DNA from: Armatimonadota bacterium
GTDB lineage: Bacteria; Armatimonadota; Hebobacteria; CAIYQO01
Length of the DNA stretch: 21,051 bases
Assembly: GCA_038248345.1 (NCBI GenBank)
Contig: JBBRXO010000049.1
Location: 1 to 21,051 of the forward strand
Reading direction: 5' to 3'
Under the pieces are notes generated by a model. It was not told the DNA's origin. It worked only from the letters and a program-made list of their open reading frames with translations, and ran no database searches. Shown here piece after piece: positions 1 through 7,598 of the stretch. Position 1 is the stretch's first letter. Each line of letters begins with the position of its first letter. The position numbers and the translations under genes are program-made.

Positions 1-1
1 G

Positions 2-286
2 CCCGATGAATTTGAAGACCCCGAAGAAGAATGGGTAGTACGCATCGACGAACACACCTGGACGGTGGACGGCCGCACCTCCATCAGCGATATGGAAGAG
101 GTGCTCGGGCATGAACTCCCCTGCGAAGAAGCCTGCGACACCGTCGGAGGCTACGCCTTCTACGCCTTCGGCCGCATCCCCGCAGTCGGCGAACAAATAA
201 AAAAAGAAGGCATAAATCTACGCGTCCTCAGCATGGATGGCCTGCGCGTAGACCGCGTGCAGATAGTGGCGACACCGGAAGCCTAA
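2..286 (+). CDS. C-terminal part of a hemolysin/CorC-HlyC (transporter-associated domain) family protein, 5'-truncated by the window edge
   Basis: Frame is open from base 2: PDEFEDPEEEWVVRIDEHTWTVDGRTSISD...DTVGGYAFYAFGRIPAVGEQI...LRVLSMDGLRVDRVQI. This matches the DEF..., DG, T(V/L)GG, GRIP and R(I/V)xxV pattern of the CorC_HlyC domain. Confidence 0.88.
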   Translation, partial: PDEFEDPEEEWVVRIDEHTWTVDGRTSISDMEEVLGHELPCEEACDTVGGYAFYAFGRIPAVGEQIKKEGINLRVLSMDGLRVDRVQIVATPEA

Positions 287-291
287 GGCTG

Positions 292-355
292 ATTGTAACA
301 TAAAAATTCGTTTGTAACATTGGTGATGTTACAAACGAATTTTTTGTGTTACAAT
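292..355. promoter_or_regulatory. Long inverted repeat, probable autoregulatory operator of the downstream gene pair
   Basis: Left arm 292-320 ATTGTAACATAAAAATTCGTTTGTAACAT; right arm 326-355 ATGTTACAAACGAATTTTTTGTGTTACAAT (1 mismatch, one 1-nt indel, 5-nt spacer). Contains four TGTAACA/TGTTACA boxes at 294, 313, 327 and 347 and ends 9 nt before ATG 364. Confidence 0.8.
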
Positions 356-363
356 TAGGGCAA

Positions 364-1356
364 ATGGATAACTTACTCGTAAAACTGGTGAACTATTTGC
401 AGATGACGCTGGGAATTTCGGTGATCTCCGAACCCTGGCAGCTGCCAGTTGGTCTGCCTTTTTTTATGCGAAACAGTTATCTGTTCTTCAGCATCAAGTT
501 ACAGGATACACCATTATTGCTCTTACAAGAAAAAGCGCCTGGGTCGCACACCCCGCTGAACATCAACAAAAATATTGAGATGATGCGACAATACTGGGGG
601 GGCGAGGTTGGATACCTGGGAGCGGCAATATCACCCTACATGCGTAAGCGAATGATAGAGCTTCACATCCCATTTATAATACCCAATAACCAGATGTACT
701 TACCTGCACTAGGTATGGATCTGCAAGAGAATTATAGGAAGCGGTTGCCGAAGGCGCTAACTTTCACGCCAGCTACGCAGGCGGTGGTATTGTATGCACT
801 AAATCATGCGGGCGAGCAACCCTTTACTCCCTCATTTCTGGCAAAGCGCATGGGTTATACTCGCATGACTATGGGACGGGCTTTCGATGAATTACAAACG
901 GTAGGGATCGGTGAGAACGTCACCAGGGGCAGGGAGCGGATGCTTCATCTCCCGCAAGGTAAACGAGTACTGTGGGAACAGGTAGAGAAGTATCTGGTTG
1001 ATCCGGTGGTAAAACAGCTATATCCTTCAACAATAAGTAACGAAAACCAAGGAATAACTGCAGGGATATCTGCTTTAGCGTCATATAGTATGCTTGCTGC
1101 ACCCGATAAACCTGTTTATGCCTTCGGCTCCGCCCAGTGGAAAGATGCGCAGCACAAATTCACTAGCACGACCGTTTTGGCATATCCGGATGAACAGGAG
1201 TATAGCTGTGTGATAGAGTTGTGGAGTTACAACCCCGGATTATTTGCCAAAGCTGGCCTAGTTGATCCGTTCTCCCTCTATTTGCATCTTAAAGATGAGC
1301 CAGATGAGCGGGTTCAGTCTGCTCTGGCCGAAATGATGAAGCAAACGCTATGGTAA
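364..1356 (+). CDS. AbiEi-like (type IV TA antitoxin-type) winged-HTH transcriptional regulator
   Basis: Central HTH (FTPATQAVVLY...TPSFLAKRMGYTRMTMGRAFDEL), the segment GISALASYSML and a C-terminal VDPFSLYLHL..DERVQ motif resemble long AbiEi-type antitoxins. The gene overlaps the downstream nucleotidyltransferase by 7 nt. ATG 364 is preferred over GTG 346, which lies inside the palindrome. Confidence 0.7.
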   Translation: MDNLLVKLVNYLQMTLGISVISEPWQLPVGLPFFMRNSYLFFSIKLQDTPLLLLQEKAPGSHTPLNINKNIEMMRQYWGGEVGYLGAAISPYMRKRMIELHIPFIIPNNQMYLPALGMDLQENYRKRLPKALTFTPATQAVVLYALNHAGEQPFTPSFLAKRMGYTRMTMGRAFDELQTVGIGENVTRGRERMLHLPQGKRVLWEQVEKYLVDPVVKQLYPSTISNENQGITAGISALASYSMLAAPDKPVYAFGSAQWKDAQHKFTSTTVLAYPDEQEYSCVIELWSYNPGLFAKAGLVDPFSLYLHLKDEPDERVQSALAEMMKQTLW

Positions 1357-2114
1357 AGGGTATCGATATCTTCGTCGACCATTTTCGTAACTATACTGAT
1401 CGCTACGTGCTCATCGGTGGAACTGCTTGCACATTCCTCATGGAGGAGGCAGGCCTTGCATTTCGCGCTACTAAGGATGTTGATATTGTCCTTTGTGTTG
1501 AAACGCTCGATGCTGAGTTTGTGCAGATATTTTGGGAATTCATTCACCTGGGTGGTTATCAGAACAGGCAGAAAAGTACGGAGAAAAGGTTGTTCTATCG
1601 TTTCTATCAACCAGATAATCGGGCATTTCCTACTATGTTGGAACTGTTCTCACGTGTACCGGATGTTATAACTGTCCCCCCGGGAAGTCACCTGACTCCG
1701 ATACCCATTGACGAAGAGATCTCCAGTCTATCCGCCATATTATTGAATGAGGAATACTACCAGCTTATACACGTCGGGAAAAGGGTTATTAACGGTGTTT
1801 CGATTGTGGGGCATGAGTACCTTATCCCGCTCAAAGTACGCGCATGGCTTGAGCTAAATGAATTACAACAAGCAGGGAATGCGATACAAATGAATGATAT
1901 CAACAAGCATCGAAGTGATGTCTTCAGGTTATTCCAGCTACTTGCACCTGATACCCGGGTGAACTTGCCAGCAACTGTGCATGCAGATATGATGCGGTTT
2001 ATTAGTATCACCGAGGAACAAAAAGTGGTAAATCTGGATAGTCTCGGACTTCATAACACCTCCCTGGCAGAAGTATGTGAGATTTTGCGGACAATTTATG
2101 GAGGTAATTATTAG
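1350..2114 (+). CDS. AbiEii/AbiGii-like DNA-polymerase-beta-superfamily nucleotidyltransferase (putative type IV toxin)
   Basis: N-terminal YVLIGGTAC...FRATKDVDI fits the GGxA...RxTxDxD signature; C-terminal LIPLKVRAW...KHRSDVFRL fits the K...KDxxD-like helix. Coupled to the upstream HTH gene. Confidence 0.75.
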   Translation: MVKGIDIFVDHFRNYTDRYVLIGGTACTFLMEEAGLAFRATKDVDIVLCVETLDAEFVQIFWEFIHLGGYQNRQKSTEKRLFYRFYQPDNRAFPTMLELFSRVPDVITVPPGSHLTPIPIDEEISSLSAILLNEEYYQLIHVGKRVINGVSIVGHEYLIPLKVRAWLELNELQQAGNAIQMNDINKHRSDVFRLFQLLAPDTRVNLPATVHADMMRFISITEEQKVVNLDSLGLHNTSLAEVCEILRTIYGGNY

Positions 2115-2135
2115 GTGTTATTGATAGGAAAAAAA

Positions 2136-2188
2136 TTCCGCTGGGATTGAAATCCCGGCTGCAGGGCGCTACGCGCCGGTCGTCCGCC
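2136..2188 (+). repeat. 53-bp REP-like dispersed repeat, copy 1 (copy 2 at 16756-16808)
   Basis: TTCCGCTGGGATTGAAATCCCGGCTGCAGGGCGCTACGCGCCGGTCGTCCGCC; 50/53 identical to 16756-16808 in the same orientation; internal hairpin GCTGGGAT-TGAA-ATCCCGGC. Confidence 0.9.
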
Positions 2189-2217
2189 TTCGTGGACTTT
2201 TCTGAACCGAATGATAG

Positions 2218-2265
2218 CCGTGGCATGGGCGTCCCGCCCATGCCACGGGCAGGCGGGACGCCTGC
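2218..2265. repeat. Tandem REP-like hairpins
   Basis: Perfect 14-bp stem CCGTGGCATGGGCG-TCC-CGCCCATGCCACGG (2218-2248) followed by GCAGGCG-GGA-CGCCTGC (2249-2265). Related sequence GTAGCATGGGTGTCTCGCCCAT at 16511-16532. Confidence 0.8.
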
Positions 2266-2295
2266 GTTCCCATGGGTACCCATATTTCCTATCTT

Positions 2296-2365
2296 CTCTG
2301 TGCTCTCTGTGCCTCTGTGTTTAATTTTTCCTTTTCTCTCTTTGTGCCTTCGTGTCTTCGTGGTT
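2296..2365. repeat. Two short tandem arrays of 8-9-nt units (CTCTGTG x3; CTTYGTGN x3)
   Basis: CTCTGTG at 2296, 2305 and 2313; CTTTGTGC-CTTCGTGT-CTTCGTGG at 2340-2363. Confidence 0.7.
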
Positions 2366-2421
2366 TCCTCGTTGCCCATGCCACATTTGCCCCCACCCCA
2401 CACACCTGCTAAAATATCCCG

Positions 2422-3924
2422 GTGAGCAATAGTGATGTAAAAACTGAAGCTCCGGCTTCTAAAATGTCGAAATTCGGGACTGACCTTACCGTGGGGAATA
2501 TCCCTCGGCATCTGCTTCTGTTTGCCTTGCCGTTGCTGGCGGGCAATTTTATCCAGGCGGCTTATACGTTTGTTAACCGTTTCTGGGTAGGGCGATATCT
2601 GGGGGCGGACGATATTGCGGCAGTCACCACTACTATGCAGCTGGCTTTCATCCTCATCGCGGTGGCGAATGGGGTGACTATCGCCGCCAATATCCTCATC
2701 TCGCAGTTTGTGGGGGCGAAGAACTGGGCGGGGGTGCGCCGCGTGGTGCAGTCCTCGGTGCTGGTGGTGGGGTTGCTCAGCCTGGTTCTGGTGGGTGTCG
2801 GGCAACTGGTTACCGTGCCGCTGTTACACGCCATAAATACCCAACCGACGGTTTTTCCGCTGGCCGAGGGGTACATGCGGCTCTTTATCTGTAGCTTTCC
2901 ACTGATATTTCTCGGGTTTCTCTTCGCTTTCATGCTGCGCGGGGTGGGTGATTCCGTCACGCCGCTCATCTTTCAAGCCATCGGAGTGGTGATTAATGCT
3001 ACGCTCGATCCGCTATTTATGTTGGGTTGGTTTGGCTTTCCTAAATTCGGCCTTAACGGCACCATCTATGCCACCTGGATCGCGCAGTCGATCACACTGA
3101 TAGCATTTTTAAGCTACCTGCACTATAAGAAACATCCCATCTCGCCAGACTGGCGGCACCTACGCGCGGACTGGGCTACCAGCAAATTGATGCTCACTAT
3201 CGGACTGCCCGCCGCCACACAGCAGCTGCTCGTCTCGGTCGGCGCTTCCATGATGCTGCTCTTTATCAATAGTTACGGCAAAGATGCTATTGCGGGCTTC
3301 GGAGCGGCATCGATGATCGACATGATAGCCTTCTTCATCGCCATGTCCTTCAGTATGGCCATCAGCTCTATCGCCGGGCAGAATATCGGCGCCCAACGCT
3401 ACGACCGGGTGAAGCAGATATTCTGGTGGGGGATACTCTACAGCGGGGTGCTGATAGGGATCGTTTCTTTGATCGCCCTCTCCTTCCCGGAACAATTGAT
3501 GAATGTCTTCATTGATCGCGCCAAAGAGGCTAATATCCCGGCGCATGATATCGGCGTCGGCTACCTGAAGATCGTCGGCTGGTCGTATATCTGTTTTGCG
3601 GTGATGTTCGTCTGTGTGGGTATCATCAACGGGGCCGGGCATACCATGGTCACCACTATCATGACGCTCTTCGGCCTGTGGATCGTCCGCATCCCCCTCG
3701 CCTGGTACCTATCCAATAAGTACCATGATGTCCGCACCATCTGGGTGGCACTGGCCTTCGGCTTCTTCGTCTCCATGTTGCTCACCCTGTCATATTACCT
3801 CAGCGGCATGTGGCGTAAATCAATCTTCAAACCAAAAGGCCCGCCGATGAGACTCCCTGAAGCCAACGCCGCCACCGAATGCATCGTCGCTGGCGAGGTA
3901 TGTGATGGCGAGGTAAATCGGTAA
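2422..3924 (+). CDS. MATE family efflux transporter
   Basis: DLTVGNIPRHLLLFALPLLAGN..Q..Y..V, SQFVGAK, LRGVGDSVTPL, LDPLF, GLP...QQ, GQNIGA and GAGHT motifs; about 12 hydrophobic segments in two halves. Start is GTG 2422 or ATG 2464. Confidence 0.93.
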   Translation: MSNSDVKTEAPASKMSKFGTDLTVGNIPRHLLLFALPLLAGNFIQAAYTFVNRFWVGRYLGADDIAAVTTTMQLAFILIAVANGVTIAANILISQFVGAKNWAGVRRVVQSSVLVVGLLSLVLVGVGQLVTVPLLHAINTQPTVFPLAEGYMRLFICSFPLIFLGFLFAFMLRGVGDSVTPLIFQAIGVVINATLDPLFMLGWFGFPKFGLNGTIYATWIAQSITLIAFLSYLHYKKHPISPDWRHLRADWATSKLMLTIGLPAATQQLLVSVGASMMLLFINSYGKDAIAGFGAASMIDMIAFFIAMSFSMAISSIAGQNIGAQRYDRVKQIFWWGILYSGVLIGIVSLIALSFPEQLMNVFIDRAKEANIPAHDIGVGYLKIVGWSYICFAVMFVCVGIINGAGHTMVTTIMTLFGLWIVRIPLAWYLSNKYHDVRTIWVALAFGFFVSMLLTLSYYLSGMWRKSIFKPKGPPMRLPEANAATECIVAGEVCDGEVNR

Positions 3925-3926
3925 CT

Positions 3927-4089
3927 CCCGGGTACGCCAATCTCCGCACTCGCCCGTCCCACCCCGTCGAAAGGTGATGCTGTTTCGGCAGGTGGGGACA
4001 ATCCCCGCCGGAGGCTGAAAAAGAAAAAGAGGCTAACTATGGAAGGTCTTAATTACGCATATACCAGCTGCTGTGCGCGAGGACAGACC
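3927..4089 (+). repeat. Composite dispersed repeat, copy A (34-bp arm 3927-3960 plus 97-bp body 3993-4089)
   Basis: The arm is 31/34 identical to the reverse complement of 15017-15050; the body is 77/97 identical, ungapped, to the reverse complement of 14813-14909 (hand alignment). Confidence 0.85.
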
Positions 4090-4350
4090 ACTATTGTTGT
4101 CAAAAAGCATCGGTAGTTACTTGCGGATAACCTTGTTTTATCGTGCGATAATCTCCTTCAATATGCTATGGAGAGTAGTATTTTGCGTGCGGTTGACAAT
4201 CATTCTGGGGTAATTTACCGAATAGGAACATCGATTGTAAGAGCTAACCAACACGTGTATCATTTTTTTTACACACCAGCATGTTCTTCTCCGCTAATAT
4301 GTTTTTGACGCAAGCGAAGAGCTTGCGATCTAAAAAAAGGAGAACGTGTA

Positions 4351-4944
4351 ATGCAGAACACAATCTACGCAAGCTTTGACTCTAGTGATCAGGCAATTAA
4401 GGCCGCTGGAGCATTGTTGGATTACGGTGTAAAAAACGAGGATCTGACAATAATCAGCCAAGGTATCGAGTCTGAGCTGAATGCGGATGGAACTACTGTT
4501 CCAGCTGAGCAGGGCAATGGTAATGTCGTCGAGAATGCTGATGCCACGGCTAAAAATGGAATTAGTACGACTACCCCAGGCGACGCTGCCGCAGGTGCCG
4601 CAAAAGGCGCGGGAATCGGCTTAGGCGCAGGCGTCCTTGCCGGGTTGGCTTCCCTGCTAGTACCTGGATTCGGGTTGGTGATTGGCGGCGGCGCTCTTGC
4701 CATGGCTCTCACCGGCGCGGCCATCGCCACTGCCGGCGGTGGCATCGCGGGCGGCGTGACTGGCTTTCTGAAAGATCAGGGAATCCCGGAAGAACATATC
4801 GCCGCATACGACAAAGCAGTAAGCTCGGGCGGCGCTATAGTGGCGGTGACTCAGTCTTCAAACGAAGTAGACACAAGCCAGATCATGGAAGTACTTAATA
4901 AGTATGGAGCCATGTACATAAACGATCGAAGTCAAGGAGTATAA
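4351..4944 (+). CDS. General stress protein (YflT-like N-terminus with Gly/Ala-zipper membrane region)
   Basis: IYASFDSSDQAIKAAGALLDYGV..EDLTII; Gly-zipper GAAKGAGIGLGAGVLAGL..LLVPGFGLVIGGG; GIPEEHIAAYDKAVSSGGAIVAV. RBS AAGGAG at 4337-4342. Confidence 0.8.
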   Translation: MQNTIYASFDSSDQAIKAAGALLDYGVKNEDLTIISQGIESELNADGTTVPAEQGNGNVVENADATAKNGISTTTPGDAAAGAAKGAGIGLGAGVLAGLASLLVPGFGLVIGGGALAMALTGAAIATAGGGIAGGVTGFLKDQGIPEEHIAAYDKAVSSGGAIVAVTQSSNEVDTSQIMEVLNKYGAMYINDRSQGV

Positions 4945-4948
4945 AACT

Positions 4949-5554
4949 ATGGACAACAAAATCTCCTTGGGTGAGGATCTGATGCGGGAGCATGGGTTGA
5001 TGAATCGCATGATCCTGCTGTACAAGGAATCCGCTAGTTGTTTGGGGCAAAACCCCGATGCGAAGGATGTTCTTCAAAAGACCGCCAAGATCATGAAAGA
5101 GTTCATACATGACTTTCATGAAGAAAACGAAGAACACGATGTCTATCCGCTGTTGACGGACAACGCGAAGTTGCGCACCCTCACGGAGACGATGGAGAAG
5201 CAGCACGAGGTCGGCAAGCAAATCACTGAGTACATTATCAGCGCTACAAAAGCCGGCGATCCCGATGCTACCGCCCTCTCCGCGATGACAGCGGCGTTTG
5301 AACGGATGTATCTGCCGCACGCTTCGCTGGAAGACACGGTGCTCTGGCCCGCCCTTCAGGAGCTGAAAGGCGATGCTTTCTATATGAAACTGGGCGCTGA
5401 CCTCGAGAAAAAAGAAGAGGAACGGTTCGGCGAGGAGTATTTCGAGAAACTCGAAGCTAAAATCGAGAAGTTCGAGAAGAAACTCGGAATCGGTGATCTG
5501 GCGAAATTCACCGCTAGCGTTCCGGATTCTGCTGCCGCTGAAGAGATGGCCTGA
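4949..5554 (+). CDS. Hemerythrin/HHE cation-binding domain protein
   Basis: LMREH, FHEENEEHDVYP, QHEVGK and PHASLEDTVLWP give the H / HxxxE / H / HxxxE metal-ligand pattern. RBS AGGAG upstream. Confidence 0.88.
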   Translation: MDNKISLGEDLMREHGLMNRMILLYKESASCLGQNPDAKDVLQKTAKIMKEFIHDFHEENEEHDVYPLLTDNAKLRTLTETMEKQHEVGKQITEYIISATKAGDPDATALSAMTAAFERMYLPHASLEDTVLWPALQELKGDAFYMKLGADLEKKEEERFGEEYFEKLEAKIEKFEKKLGIGDLAKFTASVPDSAAAEEMA

Positions 5555-5611
5555 TGCGTATCAGCCACGGCTCTCATATAGGGGCCGTGGCACGCCACTA
5601 CACCATAACGA

Positions 5612-5635
5612 TAGCCCCGGTATTTATGCCGGGGT
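5612..5635. repeat. REP-like palindrome, possible transcript-stabilising hairpin
   Basis: TAGCCCCGGTA-TTTA-TGCCGGGGT; same TAGCC-stem-TTTA-loop design as 16836-16858; no U-tract. Confidence 0.6.
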
Positions 5636-5676
5636 GTCGGACTTGGAATTTGGAACTATTTTGAAAGGAGCATATT

Positions 5677-5856
5677 ATGAAATCGAGCACAAACGACGAA
5701 ATCAAAGGTACTGCCAAAGAAGTAGCAGGCAATATCAAGGAAGCAGCGGGGAAAATCACCGATAATCCCAAGCTGAAGGCAGAGGGTAAAGCCGACCAGA
5801 CCTCCGGCAAAGTGCAGCAAAAAGTAGGCGAGGTGAAGAAAGTTTTTGGCAAATAA
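5677..5856 (+). CDS. csbD: CsbD family general stress protein (59 aa; absent from the ORF track)
   Basis: Hand translation: MKSSTNDEIKGTAKEVAGNIKEAAGKITDNPKLKAEGKADQTSGKVQQKVGEVKKVFGK*. Strong RBS AAAGGAG at 5664-5670. Confidence 0.93.
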   Translation: MKSSTNDEIKGTAKEVAGNIKEAAGKITDNPKLKAEGKADQTSGKVQQKVGEVKKVFGK

Positions 5857-6087
5857 GGCGTGGAGCCTATTGCGCCAGGGAGGGCACAGACACCAGGAAA
5901 TTCATGCCTGGCTCTGGGGTCAAGCAGGCACGATTGCCGCCATCGGAGACTGCAGAGAGACGATAATAATACCAAACGCCTGGACTTTTGATTGCACGGG
6001 CAACGCATGGTTAGATGATGCGGCCAACATACTGGAGAGGGCCGCCGACTCAATTCTGACACAACCAAGCTTAGGGAGGACGCGCAC

Positions 6088-7110
6088 ATGGATTTAACGC
6101 AGGCACGGATCGTTATCGCAGAAGTACAACCCGGTGAATTTAACTACATGAAACAGCATTTGCCCGAGGCAGAGCGCTATCTGGACTGCGCCCTCGAACA
6201 GTGCCCCCTCGAACAATACCATGATACCGAAATTCTCTCTGTTTTTGTGCACACCATGCTCACGCGCGAGGTGCTTAACCACATGCCGAATTTGCGCTTC
6301 ATAGCCACTCGCACCACCGGTTATGATCACATCGACCTTGACGTATGCAACACGCGCGGCATTCCCATCTCCAATGTGCCGCATTACGGAGAAAACACCG
6401 TCGCCGAGCACACCTTTGGACTCATCCTCTCGTTGTCACGCAAAATTTATCTCGCCTACCAGCGCACCATTGTCAATGATTTTTCGTTGGTTGAATTGGA
6501 AGGCTTTGATCTCAAAGGCAAAACGCTGGGAGTGGTGGGGGCGGGTAGCATCGGACTGCACGTGATCCGCATTGCCAAAGGGTTCGGCATGAATGTCATC
6601 GCCTACGATGTGAAACCAAATCCGTTAATCGCTGAAGTGCTCGATTTCGAATATATCGATCTTGATAACTTGCTCAATCGCGCGGACATCATTAGTATGC
6701 ACGCGCCCTATATGCCCGCAACCCACCACTTAATCAATATGGAAAACATCCGACGAATCAAACGCGGTGCACTACTCATTAATACCGCCCGCGGTGGATT
6801 GGTAGACACCCAAGCGCTGATCGCGGCATTGAACGAAGGCATCCTTTCAGGTGCCGGTCTGGACGTGCTGGAAGGCGAAAAATTGGTAGAAGAAGAAGAG
6901 CGCCTGCTGAATACCCCGGAAGCGGAGGAGAAAATGCGTATGCTGAACCAACGGCACATTCTGCTGCGCCGTCCCGATGTGTTAATCACTCCGCACATGG
7001 CGTTCTACAGCCGTGAAGCAACTGAACGCATTATGGATACAACCATCGACAACATTCGCGCCTTTTTGGCCGGCACACCGACAAATGTGGTAAACGCACC
7101 TGCCAAGTAG
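6088..7110 (+). CDS. D-isomer-specific 2-hydroxyacid dehydrogenase (D-lactate dehydrogenase-like)
   Basis: TRTTGYDHID, NVPHYG..VAEH, Rossmann motif GVVGAGSIG, INTARGGLVD, GAGLDVLEGE, ITPHMAFYSREA. RBS GGAGG upstream. Confidence 0.93.
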   Translation: MDLTQARIVIAEVQPGEFNYMKQHLPEAERYLDCALEQCPLEQYHDTEILSVFVHTMLTREVLNHMPNLRFIATRTTGYDHIDLDVCNTRGIPISNVPHYGENTVAEHTFGLILSLSRKIYLAYQRTIVNDFSLVELEGFDLKGKTLGVVGAGSIGLHVIRIAKGFGMNVIAYDVKPNPLIAEVLDFEYIDLDNLLNRADIISMHAPYMPATHHLINMENIRRIKRGALLINTARGGLVDTQALIAALNEGILSGAGLDVLEGEKLVEEEERLLNTPEAEEKMRMLNQRHILLRRPDVLITPHMAFYSREATERIMDTTIDNIRAFLAGTPTNVVNAPAK

Positions 7111-7154
7111 CGATTATCTCCCGACGATCAAGAGCGTATCGCAAATGTCACGCT

Positions 7155-7418
7155 TCACCCGGGATGCGGCAACCTTGCCAGCTTTTCCCGGATCTGCCGG
7201 TACAGTTCGTCCGTCCGTCGCGGCAATGTCGTCAGCGTGGAAGTGGGGATGGTTTTGCTGCGGACATCCAGCGGGGCGATGAGCACTTCGTTATGGGCGA
7301 GCCCCGTGTCAGCGGCCATGATGAAGATATCTTCGGCCACTTCGTCACCCATGGCGATGCAGCCTACCGAGACGGCGTTGCCGTGGATCATGATTTCGCC
7401 GCCCAGGTTGCGCCGGTT
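7155..7418 (-). pseudogene. 3' remnant of an L,D-transpeptidase (YkuD-type) gene
   Basis: Minus frame reads ..NRRNLGGEIMIHGNAVSVGCIAMGDEVAEDIF.., the HGxxxSxGC catalytic motif. The N-terminal part of the domain is missing; the frame runs into a GC-rich palindrome and an upstream in-frame TGA. Confidence 0.75.
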
Positions 7419-7528
7419 CCCGCGCCGGGAAGGGGGCCGGGGGTTAGGTCGACCAAGGCTAACGTCATTGATACGTCATCAGATATTCATAACCAAATAA
7501 TGAAGAGCACTTCATTACTGATTCCATA

Positions 7529-7562
7529 TAAAAGACCCCCCTTGACGAACAAGGGGGTGTCT
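7529..7562 (-). terminator. Probable intrinsic terminator of the 692-aa gene
   Basis: Stem CCCCCTTG/CAAGGGGG (7537-7557), followed on the minus strand by GTCTTTTATAT, about 40 nt after the stop at 7599. Confidence 0.65.
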
Positions 7563-7598
7563 GACCGTCATGTCTATAACGTGTGGTGTGTTCTATAC

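Noticed and set aside
2008..2805. 265-aa minus-strand ORF and the 92-aa plus-strand ORF 2147-2425
   Set aside because: Antisense shadow of the MATE gene plus translated intergenic repeats; no protein-family motifs.
3961..4350. Known riboswitch (e.g. c-di-GMP) in the long leader of the stress cluster
   Set aside because: I could not find the conserved motifs of any riboswitch class I recognise; much of the region is explained by the dispersed repeat. An Rfam scan would settle it.
5846..6097. 83-aa Trp-rich ORF bridging csbD and the dehydrogenase
   Set aside because: TTG start inside csbD and no recognisable motif. It cannot be supported, although the open frame across the whole spacer means it is not excluded.
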